Below are positions 13,148-25,811 of a DNA stretch of 64,000 bases, piece by piece (position 1 is the stretch's first letter; every line of letters starts with the position of its first letter). Source of the DNA: Convolutriloba macropyga (lineage: Eukaryota). A program made the translations under genes and the position numbers. Location of the stretch: NCBI RefSeq assembly GCF_964194025.1, contig NC_134474.1, positions 18,662,001-18,726,000 of the forward strand. Direction: 5' to 3'. The notes beneath the pieces are model-generated. The model saw nothing but the letters and a program-made list of their open reading frames with translations, was not told the origin of the DNA and did not search any database.

Positions 13148-14160
13148 GGTTAACTGAAGTGATTGAGCAAAATAAGGCTATATACAAAACCCACGTATTT
13201 ATAGAGTAGAAGTTCAGGCAACGCCAGTTAACATTTCTAGAAAGTCTCAAGTTATTTAAGTCTCTCAAGTTATAAACTTTCCATAAACCAGACCTAATTA
13301 CACTAACACGATAAACAAAACATTAAAAAGACCGACTAACGTCGGACAAATTGCTCTCTTATCAAGGGGAAGGATGTTACTTGCATGGAGTGGGCGTAAT
13401 AATTTCACTATAGGTCTTCAAATGACGTCAATCAGGTTATTTTAGACCACTATTAGAATTTAAAGTGAAATCGCGGCCAATTTTTTGTTTGAATTTGATA
13501 GTAAAACACCACTAATTAATCTCCGCTGTTTAAAATGTGAAAAAGACCACTTTAGAGCACGCAAAAATCCACGGATCTAGAATCCAATTAAATTCAAAAA
13601 ATCAAAAATTTGCATAAGACACGATGGTTGCTTCGAGCATTATTTGAGAGCAATTTTTATCAAAGGCGCAATGCTCTGGAGGAATTTTTCGTCAGACGTA
13701 AGGGGAAGGATGTTGCTTAAAGGTGGCGGGAGCAATAATTTCACTATAGGGTTTCAAATGACATAAATCAGGCTATTTTAGACCACCATTAACATTTAAA
13801 AATCGCGCAATTTTCTGTTCCGACCATTCTTGCGGGGAGAGGAACTATATACTCAAAAAAGTTTTTCTTTTGTTCAGTCGATTTAGTCCAATCGATATAT
13901 TCATCAAAGAGAGTAGTTCTGAGTGGTATCATTAAAAAGCCCTTCCAGCGTAGAATATAGAACTAAAAAGATTTTTTTTTAATTTCGTTTTCTAATATTT
14001 TTTTGAACATTGGACCGATTTGCGTTATTTTTATTCACATTTTAAAGAATTTTTGCGTAAAATTTCGTCAATTTGCTAAAATATGTTAAAATTGTTAACA
14101 ATAGTGTTATTGATTTTATTTTTAAAGTCAAAAATACAAAAATTCAATTACAAAACCAAA

Positions 14161-14570
14161 CATAACCGACTAACGTCGGTCGAATTACTCTCTAACGACC
14201 GGCGAGCGGTTGGCTTTGTCAGTAGCTAGAAACGTTTTAGTGAGGCTAGCTTTAGCTTAATTGAAGGGGCGTGAGGTGCACCGGGGTGGGGGGGGGGGCA
14301 AGTGGGGGAGAGCGCTTTTCGGCGACTGTGGGAGGGCGGTTTTCGGCTGCCGGTGCCCTTACGGCATGAACGATGTGCAGGGGCGGGGATTTGGGGGTGT
14401 GGGTGAAGTGAGAAGGGGACTGATGTGTCTGTGGGGGAGAGGGTCAAACTACCCTTCACAGCATAAGTATATCTCCAAAACAGTTTCTGTGAATAGCATA
14501 CTTGGAGACTAGTGAGCGGAAATGCTCTAAGAGCACTTAATGCCCACTGGGCACTACCTTTTTATCCTAT
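14161..14570. mobile_element. Dispersed non-autonomous repeat with terminal hairpin (ccgac-taac-gtcgg) and G-rich interior
   Basis: Homologous to 17391-17800. The same hairpin end recurs near 985, 3081, 7116, 10252, 13331 and 25018. Confidence 0.6.
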
Positions 14571-17390
14571 TTTTGAGGAACAGAAGTCAAATGGGTCAAG
14601 CAAAAAATTGGTCAAGCAAAATTTCGCATTAAAAAAAACCGACAGGGGAAAAATAATTGCTACAATTTTCGTTTGTGAGCAATTAACAAACAAATTGAGC
14701 AAGGAAAAACGGATGAATTTTAGATATGACAAATGTCACTGAGGAAAAACCAGTCATATAACAGCTGATTAAAGAGACAAACATTTAATTCATGTAGCAC
14801 AAAAAAACTGACGAAGAACTTACGCCACAAAAATTTTTTGCGGAAAAAACCAAGTCATTTCTTTCAGGCAAAAAATTTTAGAGTAAAAATTATTGGAGCC
14901 AAATTCAAAATAAATTTTGAGCCTCAACAACTTGCTATGCTAACAAATTGAACCACATTTTAGCTGAGAAAATTTCGCGCAACTACTTTTTATCAGCAAT
15001 CATGTAGTCTATTTTATGATCTCGATCGAATGTTAAGAAGTAGCTTTCTAAAATTATGATGCTTTCAAATTTCTTGCGTTAGATAAACATAAAAAACATG
15101 CACACATTTAATATGATCTTTTTCCAATACGGAAAACTACCAAAGAGTGTTTTCGTTAAAATTATAAAAATAGAATTTCCCTGAAATTTAGTTTTTTGCC
15201 CTGGAACTTCTAGGCGCTAACTCAAACAAATGGAGTTAAAGACATGAGTTCTTGAATCGGTACTTCTTGAAAAAAAACATTCGAGAAAAAACCTAAAAAT
15301 ACGACCATGCGAGCAACATGTCAACAGTAGACCTTCCGTCCAAAGAACCGCCAAAAAAAACTTTGAAACCACCAATCTGGGGGCACCAGAAAGCACCATA
15401 AACTGTCATACAGATGGTGCAATAGGTTGATAGCCCCAGCATTCGAAAACTCGTTAACAATAGTAAACCCACAATGTAATTATTCATGGTAAACTGCCTG
15501 TTTATAAAGTCAATTTTAGTCAAAATATTTCAGGCCATTTATTCTTTATTTTTATATCAATCGACGTATAATTAACAGAAGTTAAAAGGTCTAAATGTAG
15601 ATAAACGGACACGCTTAATTACAGAGAAAATTCAGATATAAGTTGGCGAGTTTTATGTAAGCCAACAAGATGTTCCATGTGAAATCTGCAATTTGCTCAA
15701 GCGCCGATAATTTTAAGCAGGATTTTGCATTGTGAAATCAACAACTTTATGGGCAAGTTAAACAGGTTTCACATGTGACTCAGCACATTGGTTCTTCAAA
15801 AACCGGTCAAATTCTACCTGGAATTTCTCTGAAATTAAGCTTGCAAATTTGTTCAAATTTAGAGCTTTTTAACTTCTGATGATTGCGCATCGATTGATAT
15901 AAAAGTCATAAAGACTGAACCGAGTTTTCGTTGACTAATACTGGCCTCACAAAAAAGCAGTTTACAACGTTAAAATAGCAGCTTGAGCTAATAATTTTGC
16001 CAACGAGTGTGTATATACGGAATAAATATTTGTAATACAGGTGAAAAATCTGTTTGTGAAATGCCTGCCTAGAGAAACCAAGCAAAGAAATTTCAATAAA
16101 TTGTGCGATGAAATGTAAAACTGAATGAAAAGAACAACAACAACGAACTACTCTTAATGTCACGTGTGATGAAAGCCCTCAGCAGAAAGACAATCCTCAA
16201 TACTCTTCTCGCACCACTCTTCTCGAAATTGTTTTTCAACGCACCAAAAGTAGCCCTAACTTATCATTCAACTGACAACGAACTACGGTAAAAGTATTTT
16301 AAAAATTCAGGTTCGACTGGCACTTTCCTTAACACAAAGCTATGTCGATTTGTTCACCACATTGATATTTTCTCAAACATTGTGCAAGAGTGAAAATCAG
16401 TTTTTTGTCCGATGAATCTTGTTCTACAGGGAACAATAAACTACGATTACCTAAACTAAAATACAAATTTATAACTAAATACAAACTAAATTTTCTACAT
16501 GCACCGTTAGTTTTCTTTAACAAGAGATAAAACTGCAGACTCGAAATAATTATCTTTAAAACAAAACACTCGGTGTTAGTAAAGAACGAAATTGAACCAG
16601 CTGATAATGGCTATGCTGATATTTTCTGCTAGACGTTATTCTACTTTAAAACTCACTGTGTAGTCTAAAAACTAATCTGCAGCCTACAAACGTTTATTTT
16701 AAAAAATTAAATCTAGGTTTTAATAGAGAAGAGATGTCGACCAGTTAAAATTAGCACAATCAGCAACAAAATGAAGGTCTAAGCTTCCCAAAATGGACTT
16801 TCAAATCATGCTATTACGCCTCAGCGGTTTTGGAAGTCAATTACTACAAAAACCATAAAAACCAGAAGAGTCGCCTTTGTCAAAAAAAATAGAATCTTGA
16901 AATAGCTAGTATCTACTAGAACAACTCAAGAACACAAAAAAGCATCTAGTAAAAAAATCTTGATAAAAATCTGATCGATTTAAAAAATCAATTTCTATAA
17001 ATAAGAAGAGATACAAAAATATTCTTTCCTCATGCAAATCGCAATATCAAACAGCTCACAAATTATTAATCAATCTCTAATTGGCTCGAAAACATACCTA
17101 ATTTCAAAAAAGTAAACGAAATTGGCAAAATATTAACGTTTTTTCAATTTTCCAACAAAAAAAATGCATTATACCAACCAAACAGTAACCATTTCCTAAA
17201 TATCTAACAAAAATAGCCTACGAGGAGAATGAGTCTATTCAATTCCCAATTAAAAGTGAAGCACAACACGCCTCAAACTGCCTATAAATCTAAAATTGGA
17301 ACTACCTCAAAAGTAGATTAGAAATCATTTTAATAATCAAAAACATCAATACTCTCTTCAAATAAAAGTAAAGTAATAAAATCATTCTAA

Positions 17391-17800
17391 ATAGCCTACT
17401 AACGTCGGGCAAATTCCTCTCAAACGACTAGAGAGAGGTTGCTATTGTCAGTAGCTAGCTACGGTTTAGTTAGACTAGTTTCAGCTTAATTGAAGGAGCG
17501 TAGGAGAGCTCACTGTGTGTGTGTGTGTGTGTGTGTGGGAGGGAGGGGGGGGGGGGGTTCGAGCACGGTGGCTTACGGTTGGAACAAAGTTCAGAGGTGG
17601 GGATTAAGTGTGAATGGTGGCAGATGTGGGGGGAGGGGTCGGGGGGGGGGGGGGGTGAAGTCGTGGGGCGAGGGGTCAAACTCTAGGAACTTTCCTTCAC
17701 ATCATAATTCGGTTAATTGCATATTTAGAGTCTAGTAAGCCGAAAGAGAGACTTTAATGACCTCCAGGCGTTACCTGTTTATAATATTTTTGAGGACGAA
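17391..17800. mobile_element. Second long copy of the hairpin-ended repeat, with a (TG)n microsatellite and G-tracts
   Basis: Aligns with 14161-14570 (tgtcagtagctag...cagcttaattgaagg...gggtcaaact). Confidence 0.6.
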
Positions 17801-18855
17801 AAAAGGTTAAGACGAAAATCTGTCAAGTGAAAAATCGCAATAAAAAGACCACAGGACTATTATATTGCTAACTTTGTTCGAGAGCAAACTACAACCTTTA
17901 AAATATTCAAAATCAGCTAAAAAAGAAGAATGTTTGAAAAAGCGACACGCTAACAAAAAATTTCGATTGCTTAGAGGAAACGTTTTTACTCATAGAGTTC
18001 GTGCTCTTTCGAAAACAGCAGAAAACACCCTTATTTTCGCTCCGCTCCTTAAAGTTGTTAAACCACTACCATTGTTTCCACACTTTTCATTTCCTAGTGT
18101 GTGAAATGATTAATGCAGAAATATTTGTCAGGTAATAAAATCTTACACTTAATGGGTTGTTGCACCAAATCATTCGTGTGCGTACAATTGTTCAAAAACG
18201 CTGAAATAAATATATTTTGTCAATTAATGCTAATAATTGAACACGATACGATGACCAATTTATTCAATGATCTTAACAAGTCTAATGGAGAGTGCAAATT
18301 GAGTAAGCCTATTACACTTAAGACAATTTTGTCAAATAACCCACGTTCCCGAAACATACAACGCGGCCGCTGTTTTCAGGGTGGGGTTATATTCTACCAA
18401 AATTTTGACGAAAATAGGCAATTTCGCACTTAGGACTACTTGAAAACGTTTTCAGAATTAATTTAAAAAATGCAGTATACGTCCGCTGCTACTGAAAGCG
18501 GAAATCAACAATTTCATACTCACGTGCTGGCCTGATTCACTTTGCCCAAAATAAAACCGCCTTCTAATGAAATTGTACAAAGTAACACAGGTATTAAGAA
18601 CTGAAGCTGATTTAATATAAAAAGAATTGATTTAATATATTCGTTAAACAGAAGGATCTTGTAGCAAACAGTTACCTAAAACAATCTAGTCTAAACTAAT
18701 TCTCGATAACCCTGAATAAGTAATTACCCAAAATACAACAAATTTAGTTGATTCAATCAATTGTTAACTTCCAATGATTTGATTCTTTAGATATGAATAC
18801 GAAGCCAGAACTATGATTATTTGTCATAGACGTGTGAGAGATGCTTGCGTACAAT

Positions 18856-19858
18856 TTAGTCGTTCTTCAAGGCTTTGTTGTCTGAATTTAAATAAGCGAT
18901 ACTCCAGTTAAGAAAGGTTGCAAAAGTGCACCATGCTATATATGGATAGAGTAATCTACTGGCAGTCAGATCCAGAGGTTGGAATTCCTTGATGGTCCAG
19001 ATTATGCTTCCACAAACACAAGTCGCAATCACTCCAGCCTGAAACTTAGACATGAGAGCTCTTGTCAACAATCTGCATGATCTCTCCCTTATAGAGCCAT
19101 GAAAAAATGCGGTACTCACACTTAAAAATTTTAGATCGGTCAATTATTTCCGCATTTCGTCTAGGTTTTCGTGCGATCAAACTAATTATTTCGCTTTCTA
19201 AAATTTCCTATCTGGCAGAACTGGATTTTGATAACCGAAAAAATCAGAACCATAAATCGGCATCATCCAAATTAAAAGCAAGGGACCTCGTCCATTATTT
19301 ATCCTAGAACCATATTACATAAACAAATTACGAACTTCCAACGAAAAGTGAAATACTGGAGCATTCAAGCACTATCTAAAATTAAATTCAATTAATTTCA
19401 AGATTGACAAAACGACAATAAAGACAACTCTTTGCTATAGGCAAGCTTCAAACCTGCGACAGAAATCCACAAAATAATCTAAATATAATAGCCGTAAGCA
19501 AGTCATAAACAATATCTGAAAAAGATATTTTGAAACATCTTACAGTTTTAATCTTGTGCAATGTGAAGAAAACTGGAGTCCAAGACATGTTCAGAGCCAG
19601 TTGGACCCCATAAGCAGTTAGTGCCATCGAAACGTCAGACGTCTCACGGAGACTCAGAATCCTGTAAGATGCATACCCCATCATTCCGTACAAAGTGGTC
19701 CACACAGGACCAAAAATCCACTCGGGAGGGTTACAACGAAGTCTCACGAGCTTATTGTTCCATTCTTTATTCTCCCGATTGCGACAGAACAGAAATCCGC
19801 TCGCCAAACCACCAAAAACTGGCAACGCTGTCATTCCAACCGCTTCCCAATTAATCAT
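18856..19858 (-). CDS. TSPO: Translocator protein copy 3, 165 aa; exons 19858-19544 and 19038-18856
   Basis: TSPO motifs. act|gtaaga donor and tttcag|gct acceptor at the same phase-0 position. Intact frame, TAA stop. Confidence 0.93.
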
Positions 19859-22460
19859 CAAGGTTAACTGAAGTTAATACAGCCGAACAAGGTTAACAAA
19901 AACATGCATAGAGAAAGCAATAACTCAAAAATAAGGGCTGTTGACGTTATTCGACATCTACTTCGATTCCAGTTGAAGAGTGATTAAGAAGTGACTTCAA
20001 CTCGAAGAGCGCATTCTTTCTAACAAAAATAGAGTGCCATTTTTCTGCTGGAGCTCTCGATCAAGTTTGAAGTGGAGCGATCAAAGGCATCTGCAGCCAA
20101 AAATCTTTTTGATAGATTTCAGCTCAAATGGTTACACAGATAGACACATCGATCAAAATTGGATTTAATATGGGCTGCTAAAAAAGTTGACGATTTTCGA
20201 AGAGGCCATGAAAATGTTCGGCAATACATAAGAAGACTTGAGCAGTATAAATCATGTTTTATTTCCAAATTAACGAGGCTGGAAGCAAAAATTGAAGCCA
20301 TAATCTTTAAAATTGCTCCAAATCCATTGCCAGGTGAAATGAGAGCTCTTTAGATACCAAAAATCACAAAGTGAAAAACCAGTACCATAACCAATTGCTG
20401 TCGAAAGATATACTCTCCAAAACAGATAACTCACTAAGAAACCAGATTTGCTTGAAAAGATATAACTTATAGTTTAAAATAACGCACGAAGCAACAGCTG
20501 ATAAAATATACATCTAATTGCTCGCAGCATTATTTATATTGGTCACTCTCTTTATTTAAAAAGTAACCACCGACTTACGCAGCATGATTTGCTTGAAAAC
20601 GACTTGCGAGGGTTGATGGTTCGGCTGTAGTTTTCTTAATCTGAGGGGGGTGGGGGGGGGGGGGCAAAGATGTTCAAAACCTAAAAATTGCTCTTCAAAT
20701 TATGGAATCATGCCTCAGAAGAAAACGAATGACACAAACAATCGCGTCAAAACTAATAGGACCCAAATAATTACTATAAGCCTTGCTTGAAATAAGCAGG
20801 TAAGTAATAATTAATCACCACGTGTCAATTCCAGCTGGAGCCCAAAAACACATGATTGGCTTCAAAACTTTAAATGAGCTCTATGTGTATGCAATAATCG
20901 AGAAATTGCACGTGAAAAAGGTCACGCAACAAAAAATGAAACCAGTATAAAAAGAAAACACAGCCTGAACTCAGCAGAAAGGTAAAAATATGGTCGCCTA
21001 TTTTTGGCGCAAACAGGCAAATTTTAGAGAAAATATCTTCATAAAATTTGAAAACTTTCGAGCTTGATAACCTACGCCATAATCATTTGCTAAAACTGAG
21101 CAGAAGAAAATACGAGGTTGTTCCTTTCAAGTTACTTGCAAAAATTTACCGGCATTTTTCGAATGGAAAACTGAAAGGAGTCCGGAAATGATTGGCTTTA
21201 TCTTGAATGCTTTTATTTTCCTTGTTCTACTATAATAACATGCAAACAAACATAGGAGCACACTCGTGCTTTGGTTTTCCAAAGTTACTGGAAGTCAGTA
21301 TAACTAAACGGTAATACCTTTTGATTGCCTACAATTGTCACTTCATTAATAATTTCCGCCGTTTAGTAGAATTACAACAAAGTTTTAAAAGGATATAGCT
21401 AAAATAGTTTCTAAGAGTGCTGTTTTATACGGCTATTTACTCGCCAATTATTTAAATACGGAACCGAGCGACAAGGTATGTTGTACAGGTGCCATTCCTT
21501 CTCCGAACAAATGGAGGGTAATCGAACCTTCTGAAAATGTGATTTTCGTTTATCAAACAATCGCGCTGTTTTTCAGCAGAGTCATGTTCTGTGGTGTCGA
21601 AAAAGTCAAACAATCTTACAGATATTATAGCAATTTTGAAAATAAGATCGGAACTTGCTGTGCGAAAGCACAGAGAGGCCATGTACGATTTCAATTTTGA
21701 GGCACTAAAACCTATGATGCTCATAAAGGTGTTTCGTAAGGGACGTAAGACCTCAACTTGGGGAAAAAACACGGTTCCCAGACTTTTAGCGCATTAAATT
21801 GTGTGATAAGTATTACATAACTACAAATAATTTGGCTTCATAATAACAATTTCAATGCAAACTACGTGAATAGTACTAAATATTACCTACAAGTGAGATT
21901 GCAATACGTAGTGTTAAATGATACTTTGCAGATTATGTATATAGATCTTTACTATTTGGTCAGTCATAGGTCCATTAGTTTTATTATATTGCCCCTGAGT
22001 CTAAATGGTTCAGTACTTAACGCAAAAGACAAGACCGTTATCGGCAACCAGTAATACAAAATTAAAATGATGTAGGCTCACACAATCGCAACTTGAATAA
22101 ATCGCCAACGTAGTTCGTTGTTTAGTAATAAATCTATAATAAAATTGCCCACCAAAGTTCTTAATCTTCAAAATCCATAATCAAGGAGGAGTGATTTTAG
22201 TTATCAAAGTTATTCATCAAATTTAAATATCGTGAATAGTGTGGCTCCGTATCAAGTTGCGATTTTGACAATCTTGCGAAAGTTTACTGCTGAACAAATA
22301 CACATGCGAGATACTATTTGCCAGCCAGTAGCGATAAAATTTAACGATCACACTATTACTGAGACTTAGTAAATATTATTGAAAGAGTTTGGCCATGCAC
22401 TTCTTTGGCAATTCAGTCTTCAATCTTCGTTCGAAAAGAGATCACATCCTCTAATTTGGA

Positions 22461-24966
22461 TTATTGTTCCTTTAGGGCTTTGTTATCCTCGTTCAGGTAA
22501 GCAACGTGCCATCCGAGGAGAGTTGCGAAGCTGACCCAAGCCATGGCTGGATACATGAGCTGACTAGCCAACTCATCAATCGGGGCAAACTCTCTAATGG
22601 TCATGAAGATTCCACCGGCGAATGCAGTCACTATGGCAGCCGACTGAAAATATGACACCAACAATTAGAAAACAAAAGCAAGAAGTTATTATGGTCATAT
22701 CATTTAAAATGCATCCATTATTTGTCGATGTCCAACTGTCGATGATCTTACGAGAAGGTCTAGGCCAGGAGGAGTGCTAGGAGGATGATCTAACGTGGAG
22801 GAGTGCTCCAGATGACGTACGAGGAGGTCTAAGCCAGGCAACAGAGAAACGCTACGCTACAAAAGCAGGCTTCAATCCATTATTCAACGAATGGCAAGGT
22901 AGATGCAACGTTTTACCATTTTTCTAAGGAAAAATTTTCAAAAATAACAATGATTGATAGCGAGCAAAACCCTGGGAGAGAACATCTACGGAAATTGAGA
23001 GACTATTATGATCGATTCTGCCTCTGAAGTTCTGCGAGCACATAACTTTTACACCCAGGGAATTGGAAAAATTAATTGCAATTAATTGGCTGAAAAAAAG
23101 TAACAATCAATCAATTTAATTGACAATTATATCAATCAGTTATTAAAATAATTGCCATCATAAAGCAGTTAAATTTGACTTTCCATCAATAATTGTTCTG
23201 ATTTTTTAACGAAAAGTGCGCAGATGGCTATACTACCTGTAGCCTTCTTTTTTCATTACAGACGGAAACCATTTATCTATTTACCCTTATTTCAACCGTA
23301 TTGTCCTAAAACTACTTACAACAGAAATTCGTCATCAGGAAAGTTTCTCTCAAGTTTCAGGTTTGCGGCCGGAGAAAAAACTAATTCAATTTTCCTCCAA
23401 TTGGGGGAAATATTTGTGTCGTTCTATAGTAACGCTCTATTCGAGCTCCTAGGAGGGTTCCTCCTAACGTTTAAGTGTCAAGTGCGGTCTTCATGTTTCC
23501 TTTTTTAAATATTTTTCAAGAGTTTAGGTACGCAAGCGTCCGATATTTTGCTAAGATGAGAAAATTACAAGTTCTGAGGATGGCGAATAGTTCTGAGTTT
23601 CACAAAATTCAATTCCAGAAATGAATAATCACTCAAGCAATGCATTTCTTGTTTATACTTTATATTTATATTTTGATCGAATCAAAAATAAGAGCGTTCT
23701 AATAATAGATAGGAAATATTTTCTCTGTTCTGTTTTAGTCTAAGTGTTTATGCTCGACATTGCGGCTAACTAGAAAAGCTATTAGCATCGGTTAGAAAGC
23801 CCATTAAGTGATGAGTTTGAGTCTCTTTTTCAAGTTTCTCGAGTTTTTCAATTGGAAAAAATGCTCAAGTTTTTGCCAATTTCAGTTCCAATTATTTATG
23901 GATCTTTTCTGCTAGCGCCCCCCCCCCGCTTAGTTAGGCACCCCCCATTTATAAATGTGTAAACATATTGTTAAAGCTAAGTAATCTTATACGTGAACAT
24001 ATGAGCAATATGCGCTTACTAAAAGCTAGCACAGCTATGGTTTGAAAGTATTACGTATTCAACCAAAATTTGTTGCATATAACGTAAGCATCAATAAAAA
24101 TTTCTGTATTAGATCATTTCTGGTGTTATCAGCTACAATAAGGGCTTGATTTTTTAAAACTTCTTAAGGAAACTATTCAAAAAGTGCCGTCAATCTACCT
24201 AGACACTCTTGTTTCAATGAAATGCAAATATCGCTCTCACAATTCGCGAAAACTTAGACTTTGGGGGGGGGGGGGTGCAAATTTAACGGCTACATAAGGC
24301 TGGGGGCGCTAGTAGAAAAGATCCTCATTTATTTCAAACCTCTTTCACGCCCCATCCCAACATGATATTTATCTTTCAGAGTAAAGAGCAAGGTAACAAA
24401 TAATTTGTAAGCGGGGTTCATAACAAAGACTGAGGGGCGAAATAGACTGACTATTTTATAATCATGGGGAAATCAGATACTCTGCTTTCGCCGATTTCGC
24501 TTTTCATAGTAGCGAGTTATTTCTCTTTTCTGCGCACAGATCAAATAAAATATCGCAGCCCTAGAATATAATTGCTTGATTCCGTTTGATTTTCGAACAC
24601 TTCACAAAACAAGTGGTTGTGCTAAAAAGGTCAGTGAAAAACCATTACCGTTTTCAGGTGATGAGTTCCGAAGAAGACAGGAGTCCACATCATGCCAATG
24701 GCTAGTTGGGTACCATAGGTTGTCATGGCCCGAGTAACATCAACCTCGCCGCTCTTGCTCAGTATCCTATAGGAGGCAAAGCCCATTAATCCGTAGAGGG
24801 AAGCCCAAACTGGTTTGAAAACCCAGTCCGGTGGATTATAAGCCGGGAATATCAGCTTGTTGTACCAGTCGTTTTTGTCTCCAACTTTAGGACCGAATAA
24901 AGCCCCAGTAGTCGCAGCACATCCAATTGGAAAAACGGTTAATCCGACTGCTTTAAAGCTCATCAT
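22461..24966 (-). CDS. TSPO: Translocator protein copy 4 (divergent), 166 aa; exons 24966-24649 and 22643-22461, 2-kb intron
   Basis: WYNKLIFPAYNPPDWVFKPVWASLY, WTPVFFG and YPAMAWVSFATLL. acg|gtaatg donor, ttttcag|tcg acceptor, same intron position. Confidence 0.92.
23900..24324. mobile_element. MITE in TSPO copy 4 intron (GG-starting TIR, Merlin/Mutator-like)
   Basis: TIRs ggatcttttctgctagcgccccc / gggggcgctagtagaaaagatcc. Flanks ttatttat / tcatttat (7 of 8 match). Confidence 0.8.
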
Positions 24967-25296
24967 CTTGATCAAATCTGAAATAAACTCAAACCGGTAA
25001 CACAGTTAACAAATTAACATAAGCTGACAAACGTCGGATGAATTGTTCTCCAATGACAGGCTACTTAATTCATTGGGGGCGAAGCTCAGAAATGTGTAAT
25101 GGGTTCAAAAAAACTTCTTAAGGTACAACAGCTTTGATTCTCATTCTCTCGCAACAAACTATTTCATTATGAGAGCAACTTAGAACACTCAAAAATAAAT
25201 AAGCGTGGAAAAAAAATTAAATAAAAAGACCCAATCACAGCTATACTGAACGGCAAAATTAATTTAGCAACTACTATTTGCACTAAAGAATTTCTT

Positions 25297-25430
25297 GGAT
25301 CTTTTCCGTTTGTGCCCCCCATCTACAGAGCACGTGTCATTACACAGTAAATCAATATGTAAACATATTTCTGCTGGGGGGTGCTAATAATATGCGCCCA
25401 CTAGGCTGGGGGGACAAAAGGAAAATAGCC
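25297..25430. mobile_element. 134-bp MITE of the same TIR group with perfect 9-bp TSD
   Basis: ggatcttttccgtttgtgcccccc ... ggggggacaaaaggaaaatagcc. TSD gaatttctt at 25288-25296 and 25431-25439. Confidence 0.8.
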
Positions 25431-25811
25431 GAATTTCTTTTGAAGTTAACTAGTTGAATTCAGAAAAGAAGTAAAATTCAGCTAGAAAACGCAAAAACTG
25501 AATTCATCTAGAGAAGAATTGATCTCACCATGAGTAAATAATGTAAAAGAAACCGATTGGTCAAATTAAATTTACTTCCGATATTTAAAACAAACGTTTT
25601 CGAACTTTTGTCAAATTTGTCAAATTAAATTTACTTCCGATATTTAAAACAAACGTTTTCAAAACTTAAAACAAACGTTCATCGTCAGGTTAAAACTGTT
25701 TTACAAATTGTTAAAAAAAATAATTATGTATTTACATTTGCCTGAGACCACACTTAAAACAATTCTAGGAACTATTCTAAAAATTCAATCGAAAATTTTT
25801 CCATATGTACA

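Larger units (their letters stand above)
7249..13431. repeat. Tandem duplication of ~3.1 kb carrying TSPO copies 1 and 2 (7249-10351, 10358-13431)
   Basis: Units align end to end, with an offset of 3080 across the gene-bearing part. Confidence 0.93.

Noticed and set aside
14226-17735. Pro/Gly-rich ORFs at 14226-14512 and 17470-17735
   Set aside because: Translations of G-tracts and a (TG)n microsatellite within a repeat.
15217-21797. Short ORFs at 15217-15523, 18113-18433, 20159-20353 and 21452-21797
   Set aside because: No recognisable motifs or splice support; probably chance or heavily decayed repeat fragments.
25559-25680. ~59-bp period local duplication
   Set aside because: Ordinary slippage duplication with no further structure.
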